Assembly (NCBI RefSeq): GCF_006345805.1
Contig: NC_043003.1
Coordinates: 13,206,001-13,270,000, forward strand
Origin: Octopus sinensis
Lineage: Eukaryota
DNA: 64,000 nucleotides
Reading direction: 5' to 3'
Shown here piece by piece: positions 14,131 to 28,800 of the stretch. A model generated the notes under the pieces. It saw only the letters and a program-made list of their open reading frames with translations, did no database searches and was not told where the DNA came from. Position 1 is the first letter of the stretch. The number at the start of each line of letters is the position of its first letter. Both the position numbers and the translations under genes were made by a program.

Positions 14131-17039
14131 ACATGCATATATACATACAAACACACACATGCACACATATTTGTCAGTAATTTACGTGCATGAATGAATA
14201 TGAAAATAATAATTGTTGCAGGTCATTATATGGTATTTGAAAATCTTTGGGCAAAAAATAAAAACTCTACAGCCTTATTAATAACCCCTACACAGAAAAG
14301 CAGTTCAGATATATGCATGTCATTCTACTACTACATGCACGGCTACAGAAGAGCTTCTCTGAATGTCTACCAGCAAATAAACAGTCAAAACTCAGCTTCT
14401 CTCTGGATGGATACAACAGATCAAGGATCTAGATGGGTTAAGGCTCAAGTAACAATGCCTGCCAGTCAAGATTATAAAGTGAGTACGAACAGTCTACTGT
14501 TCCTTTTACTGTTTTTCATATTGATTTAGTCAAGAAGGAACAGTGCCCACAACACTTGCAAATACAATGTAGTCTGTAATACTTATTTTGCTGTATTATA
14601 TATGTGTTTTTTTTTTGGGGGGGGGGTCTGATATTTCTTGTGGATCGTCTAGAAGAATGAAGCTGTATACCTTAATTTATCATATCTATATATGAATACC
14701 AAGAAGAAATCTTGTGAAACAGAGTTTATTTTAACAAGATACTTCTTGAAATCACCTGAGGAGACATATCAACACAGAGAGATATACCTAAAGCAGATGT
14801 TCAGTATCCTATCCATGAGGGATTGATGTTAGATGGGTCAAAATAATTGTAGTTGATCAATAAAGATTCTTGAATCTTCTGAGAAACAGAAGATGGATTT
14901 AGTATGAATCTTTATTCAGCACGATGATCATTTTGACTTATCCTGCAGCTGTCCCTTAGTGGTAGGATATTGTGCATCAAGTTCTAGAAGAATGAAGCTG
15001 TATATCTTAATTTATCATTTCTATATATGAAAACTAAGAAGAAATCTTGTGAAACAGAGTTTATTTTAACAAGATACCTCTTGAAATCGCCTGAGGAGAC
15101 ATATCTACACAGAGAGATATACCTAAAGCAGATATTCAGTATCCTATCCATGAGGGATTGATGTTAGATGGGTCGAAATAATTGTAGTTGATCAATAAAG
15201 ATTCTTGAATCTTCTGAGAAACAGAAGATGGATTTAGTATGAATTTTTATTCATAGTATGAATTTTTATGATCATTTTGACCTATCCTGCAGCTTCCCCT
15301 TAGTGGTAGGATATTGTGCATCAAGTTGTGTTGCATCAACCAGTGCAGTTTGTATCACTTAAGATGCTTAATCGACATACTAATAGACATGTACCCAAAG
15401 GCCAGAGGCAATGACGAAAGATCGAAACCTCTGGAGATATGCTGTGACTGCGAAGACCCAACAAATAATGTGAGTTCATGGCTGTTTCCTGCGCTAGCTT
15501 CACATAGAAGCCCCAGCCCACCCAAAGTACCTTGGATCGCAGGACGGCCTGCTGTGCTTACCTTGAATCATAGGGCTACCTGCTGTGCTTGAGGAGACTA
15601 TTGAGTCAAGTACATCAACATCAAAATAAATATCAAATAGAAATTGTAGTTGTGATACCTGTGCCGGTGGCATGTAAAAAGCACCATCCAAACGTGGCCA
15701 ATGCTAGTGCCACCTTGACTGGCTTCTGTACCCGTGGCATGTAAAAAGCACCAACTGATCGTGGCCGTTGGCAGCCTCCTCTGGCACGTAAAAAGCACCC
15801 GCTACACTCATGGAGTGGTTGGCGTTAGGAAAGGCATCCAGCTGTAGAAAGACTGCCAAATCAGACTGGAGCCTGGTGCAGCCTCCTGGCTTCCCAGACC
15901 CCAGTCGAACCGTCCAACCCATGCTAGCATGGAAAACGGACGTTAAACGATGATGATGATTATATAATTCATTGGTCAATTATCTTCTATATATTTCTAT
16001 ATATATTTCTATATATATTTTACAGGTCATCTTTGAAGGTGTTCTTCACACTTATGGTGCATATGTTGCTGTTGATGACATCAGTTCAGAAACCGGAGAA
16101 TGCCCAGATCCAGGTAAAAATTTGTTTTACAAAATGCTTTCATCATGGAATTTATAAACTAATAATCCGTTCCACTATAGGCACAAGGCCTGAAATTTGT
16201 GGGGAGGAGACTAGTCGATTACATCAACCCCAGTGAATCACTGGTACTTAATTTATTGACGGCGAGCTGGCAGAATCGTTAGCACGCCAGACGAAATGCT
16301 TAGCGGTATTTCCTCTGCCGCTACGTTCTGAGTTCAAATTCCGCCGAGGTCGACTTTGCCTTTCATCCTTTCGGGGTCGATTAAATAAGTACCAGTTACA
16401 CACTGGGGTCGATGTAATCGAATTAATCCGTTTGTCTGTCCTTGTTTGTCCCCTCTATGTTTAGCCCCTTGTGGGTAATAAAGAAATAGGTACTTAATTT
16501 ATTGACTCCGAAAGAATGAAAGGCAAAGTCGACCTCAGCAGAATTTGAACTCAGAATATAGCAGCAGGCGAAATACTGCTAAGCATTTCATCCAGCATGC
16601 TAGCGATTCTGCTAGCCTTTATCTATAAACTAATAATGATGATGCAAAGATTTTCTTTCTGTGAAAATAGACCTGAAGATCAGAATATAATTTGTATAAA
16701 CTAGAAATCTTTGTTCGTTTCTTTTTATTTGTTTCAGTCATTGGACTACAGCCATGCTGGGGCACTGCCTTGATGAATTTAATTAAATAATTTGACCCCA
16801 GTATTTAAAAAAAAATTTTTTTTTAATTTGTTGCTTGTTCTATTGGTCTCTTATGCTGAGTCTTTAAGTTACAGGGATGTAAACAAACTAGCACCAGTTT
16901 TCAAGTGGTGGTGGGGAGAAACACAAAGACACAGATACTCACACACAAGCACACATACACACATATGTGCGCACACACACAGACATACATACACAGTGTA
17001 TGTGTGTTAATAATATTGGCATAATTACTCTTCCAAGAC

Positions 17040-17078
<39 letters not shown>

Positions 17079-17332
17079 TTAATAATTATTTGAGGGAATA
17101 TTATTCCTAACTTACAGGGAAAAATTCAATTTAGAAATACTAAATCAAATTTCACAAAATATAATATATATATAAAAATTACAAAAAAAACACCTTTTAT
17201 CAATTCAAAATGAACAATTAAATTACACCATCTAGAAAATTACATATAATATGTAATTTTCTAGATGGTGTAATTTAATTGTTCATTTTGAATTGATAAT
17301 AGGTGGGTTTTTTCTAATTTATATATATATAT

Positions 17333-17368
<36 letters not shown>

Positions 17369-20300
17369 GAAAACGGACATTAAACGATGATGATGATGTG
17401 CTGGCACCAGTTCACATTGTAAAGTATTTGGAAGGGCATCCAGCTGTAAAAGACCACAATGAAACTGACCTCGCCTGTGCTGGTGCCACATAAAAACCAC
17501 TCAGTCCACTTTGTGGGGTGGTTGGTGTTATGAAGGGCATCTAGCCACATAAATCATGCACAGAAGTCTGGTGCAGTCTTCTGCCTGGCCAGCTCATGTC
17601 AAACCATCCAACCCATGCCAGCATGGAAGGCAGATGTTAAATGCTAATGATGATGATGATGATGATGAGGAGGAGGAGGAGGAGGATAATGCTGAGGATG
17701 AGGATGATGAACATGGCCAGTGCCAGTATCATGTAAATGGCACTCATGCCAGTGGCACGTAAAAAAGGATAAAAACCATTACACTCTTGTAGTGGCAGGT
17801 TTTGGAGTCTAGCAATATGCCATAAAGCTAAACCCTTTTATGGACAGGAAACCCTGTGTAATCCCATAAACTGGCCTTCCCCATTAAAAATATATATATG
17901 TATTTATTTAAAAAATAAATAGACATAATATAATGTTTAAAAGTTGATGAATACCACCCCTTGATCCCCTCCATTTTCTTGTCATATATACATATGTGTG
18001 TGTGTGTGTTAATATCAAGCAGTGAGAATGAGTGCTTAACACCACGTTGGTGGATAAATATTCTTTATTTGTGGGTTAATAAGGCTACCAATGGTTTCAT
18101 GTCGAGAGAGATCTCTCAACAATTATCAAGCCATCCACTTTGAACGTTGGTGCTCATCTCCATCTTGGATGAAATTCACTCACAAAGCATTGGTCATCTT
18201 GGAGCTATAGTAGAACATTTCAAAGATCTTTCACATTACTGATTATTTCCATTTTATCTTTCCTCTAGGAGATACCGATTTTGAAGATGACATGGGTACT
18301 TGGTCGAACATAAGGCGTAATGATGTCAATTGGATACGAGCTACTGGTCAAATGCCATATCGACTTCCACATCCAGCAAAAGACCACACTATGAACAGTA
18401 TGAAAGGTAAGAAAAAGTCAATTATACAGGCTAATAAAAAGGTCATAGACAGAATCATTATACACTCACTTGTCTTGTTTGAAATGCAGGTAAATACTCT
18501 TCAAATCATGTCTCACCATCTTAAGGTTAGTTTAGTTTAGCCATCCCCCTGGATGCTTCAATTATTTCACATAAGCATGCCATCCATCACAGTCCCCTGA
18601 GCATGTTCTTAATTTGTCAACATTTACCATTCCACTGCCTGGAAGCAAGTTATTCCCATAGGTTAGACCAGGGGTCACCAAACAACAGCCCACAGGATGG
18701 ATCTGGCCCACGAGGTCAGTTCATCCTGCCTGCCACTGCACTGTACCTTTTGTGTAAGTACCTGCAATGAGGGTTCATTTGCCTCTGGTATGGTACCAGT
18801 GTTTGGAATAACTTATGTTTGTGAGCAGACATTTCCAAAAATGAAGAATGTGATGTCAGCACATCGAACAAGGTTGACTGATGAATTTTTGAAAGCAATT
18901 CTCTTGGTTGGATGAAGCAATTCCAAAGCAAATATTGATGATATCTTAAAAACTAAACACCAGTTTCACAAATCTCACTAACCATTTTTGCTGCTTAGTT
19001 TGTGAGATTCAGTTATGTGTACACTGTTGTTTGTTCCTTCTTGAGCCATGCCTGGCTCATAAGGACCGGTTTCCCGGTTTCCTTGGCATATAGGTTCCCC
19101 ACCTGGATGGGATGCCGGTCCGTCACCGGTGAGCTGCAAGATGCCGGAGGGAAGAGTGAAGGAAAGTTGTGGCGAAAGAGTCAGCAGAAGTTCGCCATTA
19201 CCTTCTGCCGGAGCCATGTGGAGCTTAGGTGTTTTGCTCATAGACACACACATCACCCGATCTGAGATTCGAACCCATGATCCCTCGACCGCGAGTCCGC
19301 TGCTCTAACCACTAGGCCATGTGCCTCCACATGTGCGCACTGGGTGTGATATAACTATCTTATTGCTAACTAGCAGTATTGCCCAGCTTTGCAAAATGGT
19401 CACATTTAATTCAAAGCGTTAAAAATGTTATGAAAACAATTGGTATGTGTTCACAAAGTCCAAACGATTAATACGAAAAAACCATCCAGGCTACATCCCG
19501 AAAATTCATTTCTTTGCCAAATTTCTACAATGTTTATGGGGATTCGTTTTTATATCCTGATTTTTTTTTTTTCATGCAATTTACGCATGCTTGCATGCAT
19601 GGTGAACACAGTTCACATCAAACAGCTGACTGAGTAAAGTTCACTATTCAATGCATGGAATAAGGCCTAAACAAACACAATATCGATTTTTGCACTTGCG
19701 AGATGAATTTCGGAACAGAAATAGCGCAGTTCAATTTTCATTCGCCTAAACTTTAAGTGACCCATTTTTGGTGGTTCTACGATTTGTTGGCTAGGAGGAG
19801 ATGTGCCGGGAAGTTAAACACACAGACACACACACAGATACACACACAGACACACAAGTTGAGTTTTACATATATATAGATGTCGCCTTCTTTGATAACT
19901 TTTTGATAAATAAATATGTTGGTTGTCTTTATTGTTTGTGTATTCATTGTATTGTATTGGACAAAGCGGTTATGCAGCCCACGCTCATCATTCTCTCAGT
20001 AATCTGGCCCACAGTGGTAAAGATTTGGTGACCTCTGGATTAGACGTTTTCTTCCCCTGTTGATACTTCCTTCAACTTACCGCCATAAGACCAGTTGACA
20101 CACAGGCTCTTTTGGGTGCCTCAGACAATGATCACCAATTCTCATTCTTCTCTGCTGAATCTTCTCGGTCACTTTGGGTAGATCTTGATAACGATGCTCA
20201 CTATTTATATGAGCTCTCCATTTAACATTCGCAGCCATTCTTAACGATGTTGTAGTTGATATAATGTAAAGGTGGGGTGGTCACATCTGGAGCGCCTTTG

Positions 20301-21219
20301 ATCATAAGGTTTATTTGATCAGGTTTGATCTAGTACCAAACAATAACAACAATAATGACAGTGCCTCATGTAATTTATATTTTTATATGTTTTTCTGTGA
20401 GCTTAATTTTCTTTAGTTTCAATTGTTACATAATGTTCTTTTAATCTGATAATGATATGTTTTTTTTATATTCTGTCTGGTTATCCATTCCTAACACCTG
20501 TCTTTATATACTAACTAGCAGTATCGCCCAGCGTTGCTCGGGTTTGTAAGGGAAATAACTATAAAGCATTTTTAGAGAGTTATAGCCAAAAAAATAGCAA
20601 AAAAATGGAAAAAGAAATTATGGTAAATTTTTTTTTGAGAGTTAAAAAGGTCGAGTTGCGTCCCCTAGACAGTCTGTGGTTTTGTGTTTCTGATTCTCGA
20701 CCCCATGTCGAATTTATCGATTTTTTTCAGAACTGGGGGAACTTTTCAAAATTTTCGCTGCATTAGTTTTGAATTATGACATTGGGCTATGTGTGTGTCA
20801 AGTTTCATCAGAATCAGTTGAAAGCCGTGGTCAGGGTGAGGGTACAAGCAAACAGACACACAGAAACACGCATAGACAAACTGCCGTTTATATATATAGA
20901 GAGATTATAAAGTTCTGTTGTTGCCGCCATGTTTGCCCACTAAATGTCTTGAATTCCGGTGTATTGCGGTCAGCTAGGGACATCTTGACCCTTTACTCTT
21001 TTACTTGCTTCAGTCATTTTGACTGCAGCCATGCTGGAGCACCGCCTTTTAGTCAAGCAAATCTACCCCAGGACTTATTCTTTGTAAGCCTAGTACTTAT
21101 TCTATCAGTCTCTTTTGCCGAACTGCTAAGTTATGGTGACGTTAACACACCAGCATCGGTTGTGAAGCAATGTTGGGGGGGGGACAAACACAGACACACA
21201 AACATATATACACACACAC

Positions 21220-21280
<61 letters not shown>

Positions 21281-24200
21281 ACGATGGGCTTTTTTCAGTT
21301 TCCGTATACCAAATCCACTCACAAGGCTTTGGTCAGCCCGAGGCTATAGTAGAAGACACTTACCCAAGGTGCCATGCAGTGGAACTGAACCCAGAACCAT
21401 GTGGTCCGTAAGCAAACTGCTTACCACACAGCAACTCCTACGCCTCTATAGATTGCTATAGCATAATGTAATTTGTACCCACCCCTGTAGGTACATATAC
21501 ATGTATATAAAGCATCCTTCTCGAACCCTCTGTCTCCTTGTGTATGCATGTGTGTGTGTGTGTGTGTGTGTGTTGCAACTATGTACCATGTTTATATGTA
21601 TGGATGTGCATCTCCATATGTGTGGACCCATGTCTCCATATGTCTCCTTGTGTGGAGTAAAGTGTGTGTGTATATATGGTCATGTGTTTCAGTCTCCATT
21701 TGCGTATGTGTGCTCGTCTGTTCATATAACCTATGTACCTATCCGTCTGTATGTTGATCTGCTTATTTTCATATCCATATGCAGATATGTACACATGCGC
21801 ATATACACATACATACCTACACACACACATACATACACCTATCTACATAACAGTCCACTAACTATTCTGCTCAACCTGTGTAAACTATGGGTATGGAGGT
21901 ATATCTACTATGTATATCTGCTATTTATATAGTTATCTCTAAGCATTAAACTGTGTCAAATGTACAAAATATAACAACAGCACAATATATGCAGCTGCAC
22001 TGGGATGCTGATTTATTCACTGAAAGGCAATGTTTCACTCTGTCAATACTCCAAGAGTCACATTTGAAAAACTATATGGATAGATCAATGCATTGCAAAT
22101 TTTTCTGTCCAACCAAAAGCAAATCAATTCTGTAAATGCTTCTCCAGTACAGCATAGCAAGAGCATTTGCTTGTAATAATATTAAGACAAAAACGTCATT
22201 GTGTCTGTGTGTAGTATATAATGTCAGTGCATATATTTGTTTGTGTTTCTATGCATCTTGCATCTAGGGATAAGCATGTGTGTGCATATGTGTGTATATG
22301 CAGCAAATAGCTTTCCAGTTTCAGGATAAAAGTATTTATTCTTCTGTTAAAAAAGCTAAGTGGGAATTTTCAGTTTACATTTCGCAAATGAGTTTTTCAA
22401 ATTCCTCGACAGATATATTCTTATCAGCAGAGCCATTTAAATCTATCAGTTTACGAGTATTTTCTTTCCTGTCTTTAATGCTTATGTCTGGTCAATTAGT
22501 TTGTGTTTCTATGCATCTATGGAGAAGCATACTTATGTGTGGTCAGTTTGTTTGTGTTTCTATGCATTTATAGACAAGCATGCTTATGTCTGGTTAGTTT
22601 GTGTTTCTATGCATCTATGGACAAGCATACTTATGCATGGTCAGTTTGTTTGTTTTTCTATGCCTCTATGGACAAGCATGCATGTGCATATGTGTGAATA
22701 TGCAGCAAATACTTTTCCAGTTTCAGGATAAACGTATGTATTCGTCTGTTAAAAAAACTAAGCAAGAATTTGCAGTTTACATTTTGCAAATGAATTTGTT
22801 AAATTCCTTGACAGACACATTCTTGTCAGTAGGATCTCTTATATCTATCCATTTACAAGCATTTTCTTCCCAGTCTTTAATGCTTATATCTGGTCAATTA
22901 GTCTGGATTGTTTTGTCAGTGTTGACAGGAAAATCCAAGAGGATGATGACATTTTCACCTTCAACTACTGGCTTAGGATGGTGTTCATACCAATTAGCAG
23001 GAGTGTCAATTTAGTGGTGCTCACATATTTTCCAGTGTAAATATTTTCCTGCTGTTGTTGGCATCCTTTTTGTCTCGGGAGACAATGGCGTTGTGCATAA
23101 AATAATCTAGTCCGACTTCTACATTTCATGTCCTAATACATTTCCTGCTGTGGCTGTGTAGTCCTATCCTGGACAAACACTCCCTCTGGCAGGTGCTGCA
23201 AATGTAGCGAAGACTTTGCCTGGCTGATTTTTTATATTTGGTGTTGTCACAGAGCAGCCCAAAACAAGATGGTCCTATTGTTCCATCAAATTTGTTGCAG
23301 AATCTGCATTTTGGGCCAGCACCATTTTTAAGAGTATTAGCCTGGTAATTTCTTGTAAGCAAACTCTGATCTTGTGCTGCCAGTATGAAGCCTCCAGTCT
23401 CTGCTTCCAGTCTTTAGTTCCTCACTCACTGACAGATTGCATCTTGGTCAACATCAGCATTTTGGCTTTGAATGATATATTGTCCATGTTGGGACTTCTG
23501 GCTTCACTATTCCTCAAGTATGTGAAGGCGCGTGGATTAGTGGTTAGGGCATTCAGTTCATGATTGTAAGGTTGTGAGTTCAATTTCTGGGCAATGAATT
23601 GTGTCCTTGAGCAAGACACTTTATTTTCACATTGCTCCAGTCCACTCAGCTGGCAAAAATGAGTTGCACCTGTATTTCAAAGGGCCAGCCTTGTCACACT
23701 CTGTGTCACACTGAATCTCCCTGAGAACTATGTTAGGGGTACTCATGTCTGTGGATTGCTCAGTCACTTGCACGTTAATTTCATGAGCTGGCTGTTCCGT
23801 TGATCGCATTAGCTGGGACCCTCGTCGTCGTAACCGGCGGAGTGCTCCTATTCCTCAAGTTGTTTCTGCCTGTTTGTTTTAGTTTCATTTTCTTCTTTTG
23901 CTTGCTTGGTAGCGGTGGTTTCTGGTTCTTTGTCATATTTTAATATTAAAATATGTTAATTTCCTTACAAATTAACATGCTTTCTTGATAATAGAGTGTG
24001 GCCTTTTCCCCACTTTCATGTTCATAGATATGCCAAAACATCCAGTGTTTCATACTAGATAAGTACCTGTTCATTCCTCTCATGGACTTGTTTGGTTCTG
24101 TAGTTTATGATTATTATTTTTGAAGATGTTGCACAGATCCAATACTGTGATATTGCAGATTGAAGATATTGTATATACCAGGGGTTTGTACTGTCTGTCA

Positions 24201-24478
24201 AATCACAACAAGGACTTCACACAGACGTTACTTTACACAATATGCATTCTGTTCCAAGTAAAGCTGATTTTGCAACTCACTAAGATTGGAGGAGGATTTC
24301 TAAGGTGTCCAGATGTTTCTCCAGGTTGGATAGATTGAACCCAATGCTCCAATGACAACTGGTAAAACCTTTATGCTTGACTCATGCAGCTGCCACATCT
24401 TGGCGATCTAAGATTTCGGGTCACCGTATTTGTTGACCATTTCTCATTCTTTCATGACAATATGTTGATCTCCTGACA

Positions 24479-24552
<74 letters not shown>

Positions 24553-24763
24553 TTGTTGTTGTTGTTGAGTGAGCAAGCAGTGCATGCCATCAAAGTGACA
24601 CTGGGGTACAAATATACGAAGCCTAATATACTACCTGTCTGATAAGGGTACACCAGGCACATGCATCATAACTATATGTAACATGGTGATCTCATATCAA
24701 GATAAGCAGTGCATGACCTTGCAGGTGGGGCCCAGTTAGAATTTTCTTCTGGTCTAGTAGCCC

Positions 24764-24796
<33 letters not shown>

Positions 24797-24992
24797 GAGT
24801 GAGAGAGCAGTGCATGCCATCAAAGTGACACTGGGGTACAAATATACGAAGCCTAATATACTACCTGTCTGATAAGGGTACACCAGCACATGCATCATAA
24901 CTATATGTAACATGGTGATCTCATATCAAGATAAGCAGTGCATGACCTTGCAGGTGGGGCCCAGTTAGAATTTTCTTCTGGTCTAGTAGCCC

Positions 24993-25025
<33 letters not shown>

Positions 25026-25234
25026 GAGTGAGAGAGCAGTGCATGCCATCAAAGTGACACTGGGGTAAAATATACGAAGCCTTATATACCCATCATGACT
25101 ACCCCTCTGATAAGAGTACACCAGGCACATGCATCACAACCATATGTGCGCGACATGGTGATCTCATATCAAGATAAACAGTGCATGACCTTGCAAGTGG
25201 GGCCCAGTTAGAATATTTTTCATGTCAAGTAGCC

Positions 25235-25274
<40 letters not shown>

Positions 25275-25867
25275 GAGTGAGATAGCAGTGCATGCCATCA
25301 AAGTGACACCAGGGTAAAATATACGAAACCTGGTATACCCATCTGATAAGGGTACACTTGGCACATGCATCACAACCATATGTGCGCGACGTGGTGATCT
25401 CATATCAAGATAAACAGCACATGACCTTGCAGGTGGAGCCCAGTTAAAATTTTCTTCTGATCGAGTAACCCATCCTGCTCGAAAGGTCCCTGAATAAGGG
25501 TTGTTTAAGGATGTTGAACGAAACACCCATGTTTCCAGTGGTGAATTATTCAAACCCCAAAGAATCCCTCTCAACACATGGCTATGATGCTCTCCCACTA
25601 TTTCTGCTCGTGATCAGAGATGCACATATTGTCAGCCACTAAGGGACATGCTCAACTGGTTAAGGTCAAACAACTGACAAGCAAATTTGTGGTATTAAGC
25701 AGAATATTTGCTGTTGCCCATCTTTTATACCAAAACAAAACAATGTACATGATAACACTTCCAATCAGTTAAGATCAAAAGCCACGAGAGCCATTGCCTG
25801 GTACTGCATCAGGGCATTATTATTATTATTATTATTGTTGTTGTTGTTATTGTTATTGTTATTGTTA

Positions 25868-25898
<31 letters not shown>

Positions 25899-28800
25899 TT
25901 TATTTTCTTATTATTATTATATTTTAGTTCTCAAAGCTCTTAATCTTACTTGCTCTGGTTAATTCAGTGAGAGCCGACAGCGTCCTGATCTCAAAGGTCT
26001 CACGGGGTCTCTTTCCACAAATTATATTATCATTATCATTATTATTTTTTATAATACGATAATTTATTTATTTATTTTTGTTTGTTTGTTTGTTTGTTTG
26101 CAGGACATTATATTTTCCTTGCCTCAGATAGTAAGTCCCAAAGGAAAGGAATATTGAGAAGTGAAGTATTTCCTGCTACCAATCTCCGTTGTCTTCACTT
26201 CTGGTTTTATTTGGATGGTACTTCACCAGGTGGCATCACCGTATATTTTGTCGATGAAGAAACAGAAGCTAAAACAGCAATATGGGCCCTTTCTTCGGCA
26301 CAAGGAAACTCATGGAATTATGCTCAAACAGCATTTGCTTGGAAGGATTCGTATTATGTAAGATTACCATTTCTCTTCAAAGATCAACAGAATCTGGCTG
26401 AACTTGATTGTGTTTATCATTTATCTTTCACTTGTTTCACTCATTAGACCGTGGCCATACTGGGGCACCACCTCGAAGAAGTTTTAATCGAATGAATCAA
26501 CTCTAGTACTTGTTTTGCTTTTTTGAGCCTGGTACTTTTTTGATTAACCTCTTTTGCCAAACCACTAAGTTGCAGGGATGTAAACACACCAACACTGGTT
26601 TTCGAGTGGTGGGTGAGAGGGACAAACACAAAGACACACACACACAAATATATAAATATATATATAGGCGTAGGAGTGGCTGTGTGGTAAGTAGCTTGCT
26701 TATGAACCACATGGTTCCAGGTTCAGTCCCACTGCATGGCACCTTGGTCAAGTGTCTTATACTATAACCTCGGGCTGACCAAAGCCTTGTGAGTGGATTT
26801 GGTAGACGGAAACTGAAAGAAGCCCATCGTATATATGTATATATATATATGTGTGTGTGTTTTTGTGTGTCTGCGTTTGTCCCCCCAACATCACTTGACA
26901 ACTGATGCCGGTGTGTTTACGTCCCTGTAACTTAGCAGTTCGGCAAAAGAGACCGATAGAATTAGTCCTGGGGTTGATTTGCTTGACTACAGGCGGTGCT
27001 ACAGCATGGCCACAGTCAAATGACTGAAACAAGTAAAAGAGTGAAAGAGTATATATACAGGGTGCATGAGGTATTTTAGGACATACCTTTTTTGGGTCAT
27101 TGCTGCGTTTTTTGATAACTCTGTATAATCTTTGTTTCAGAAAATAATAACAGGCAGACCCTCAGCTTACTCACGGAATGGAGAGGAATGCTGTTATTGT
27201 GGTTATAAAGGCTGAGCATGGTGATTTAGAAATATCTTCATTTTTATAAGTTGCCAGATCTTTCGTCTATAAAGTTTGTAAGGAGTTGGAGACTGAAGAC
27301 GGAGATGTATCACTAGTATCAAAGCATAAAAAGCATAATTTATGGAGAGGGAAGTAGTCGATTACATCGACCCCAGTGTGTAACTGGTACTTAATTTATC
27401 GACCCTGAAAGGATGAAAGGCAAAGTCGACTTTGGCGGAATTTGAACTCAGAATGTAGCAGCAGACGAAATACCACTAAGCATTTCGCCTGGCTTGCTAA
27501 TGAGTCTGCCAGCTCGCACCTTCTGTAGAACAGATAATAATAAAGACCAATATTAGTTGTATGTTACAAAGTAAAAAACAGTAAAGCTCAATTAAATATT
27601 ATTGTCATTATCATCCTCATTCTCATCATTATTTAACATCTGTATGTATATGTGTGTGTGTGTGTGTAACACAGAAAGGTAATATTTATCTCCACTTAAA
27701 CAGGGATGTTCTGTTAGAACAAACTATACTGCGATAGTTGCCAAGAGAGAAATTCTCATATTGGCTTTCTGGCACATAATGCATTTGTGCATTTTGCACT
27801 AAAAAGCCAATATGAGAGTGTCTCTCGTGCTATCTACCGCAGTATAGTTTGTTCTAACAGTATATCCATCTTCAAGTGGAGATAAATGATATTACCTCTC
27901 GGTATTAACGCTGCCTCTGTCACTAATATATATGTAATACAATTTGTTATAATTATTTTAGGTTGAATTTGAAGGCATAACTAATCAGAATCACGATGTC
28001 TACACTGCTCTTGATGATATCATGTTCCTAAATGATTATTGTGCAGGTAACTATTCTCTGTTTTCAAACCCCTTACTTTTGTTACCATCTCTTTGTTGTG
28101 ATGCTCTGTGTTTCTTTCAATTAATTTTAAATATAACAAAGAATTTAGTAAAATAACTTAGTTATCATTAAGCTAGTATTAGGAACATAAATTGTGACTA
28201 AGGTTTGGTGGAAGATTTTAATTCAGAACTTATGAAAACAAAACATTTGCACTGAGAGCCAGAGGTGGTTTCAGCCAGATTGGTATCAAAAGGGTTAAGG
28301 ACATTTCATTTCAAAGCATCATACTGTACTTAAAAAAGCATGAGTGTGTGCACAGTGTTGAATCACCCTGTAGAGCTTCTTACAAAAGCTTTATCGGAAT
28401 CCTAGTTGAGTGCTCCACAATTTTTTACTGAATAACCTGCACTGATGATTGGTTTATAGTGATCAAGCGTTTGTACATATCTCTCTCTTTCCCTCCCTCC
28501 CTATTTCTCTGTCTCTCTCTCTCTCTCTCTCCCTCCCTCTTTCACTCTGTCTCTCTCTTTCTCACATTTCCTGTACAGTAAAGAGTAAAAAAAATGATAG
28601 CTTCATGCTTTATAACCGACCATAATTTTCACTGTATTTTCAGTTCAGCCATTAGAAGCCCAAACAAAATATAAGTTTTTGCCAAAAACAAATACAACAT
28701 CAGCACCAGTAATTAGTAAGTATAATGATTTATTTGTTCTCTGTCAATTGGAATTGTTTTAACCCTTTAGCATTCAGATCACTACACCAAAAGTTTATAC

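Noticed and set aside
14748-14800. CUGAGGA with a downstream hairpin
   Set aside because: It is followed by UAAAG instead of GAAA, and there is no stem III or stem I.
20769-21461. 230-aa ORF
   Set aside because: Read-through across a Helitron-like end, a SINE and a microsatellite; no domain signature.
24545-25480. CRISPR-like repeat/spacer appearance (also 56490-56960)
   Set aside because: Eukaryotic context, units far too long, spacers are microsatellites, no cas genes.
25490-25545. Hammerhead-like CUGAAUAA...GAAAC..GUU
   Set aside because: The core lacks the conserved GA and no stem I can be formed.
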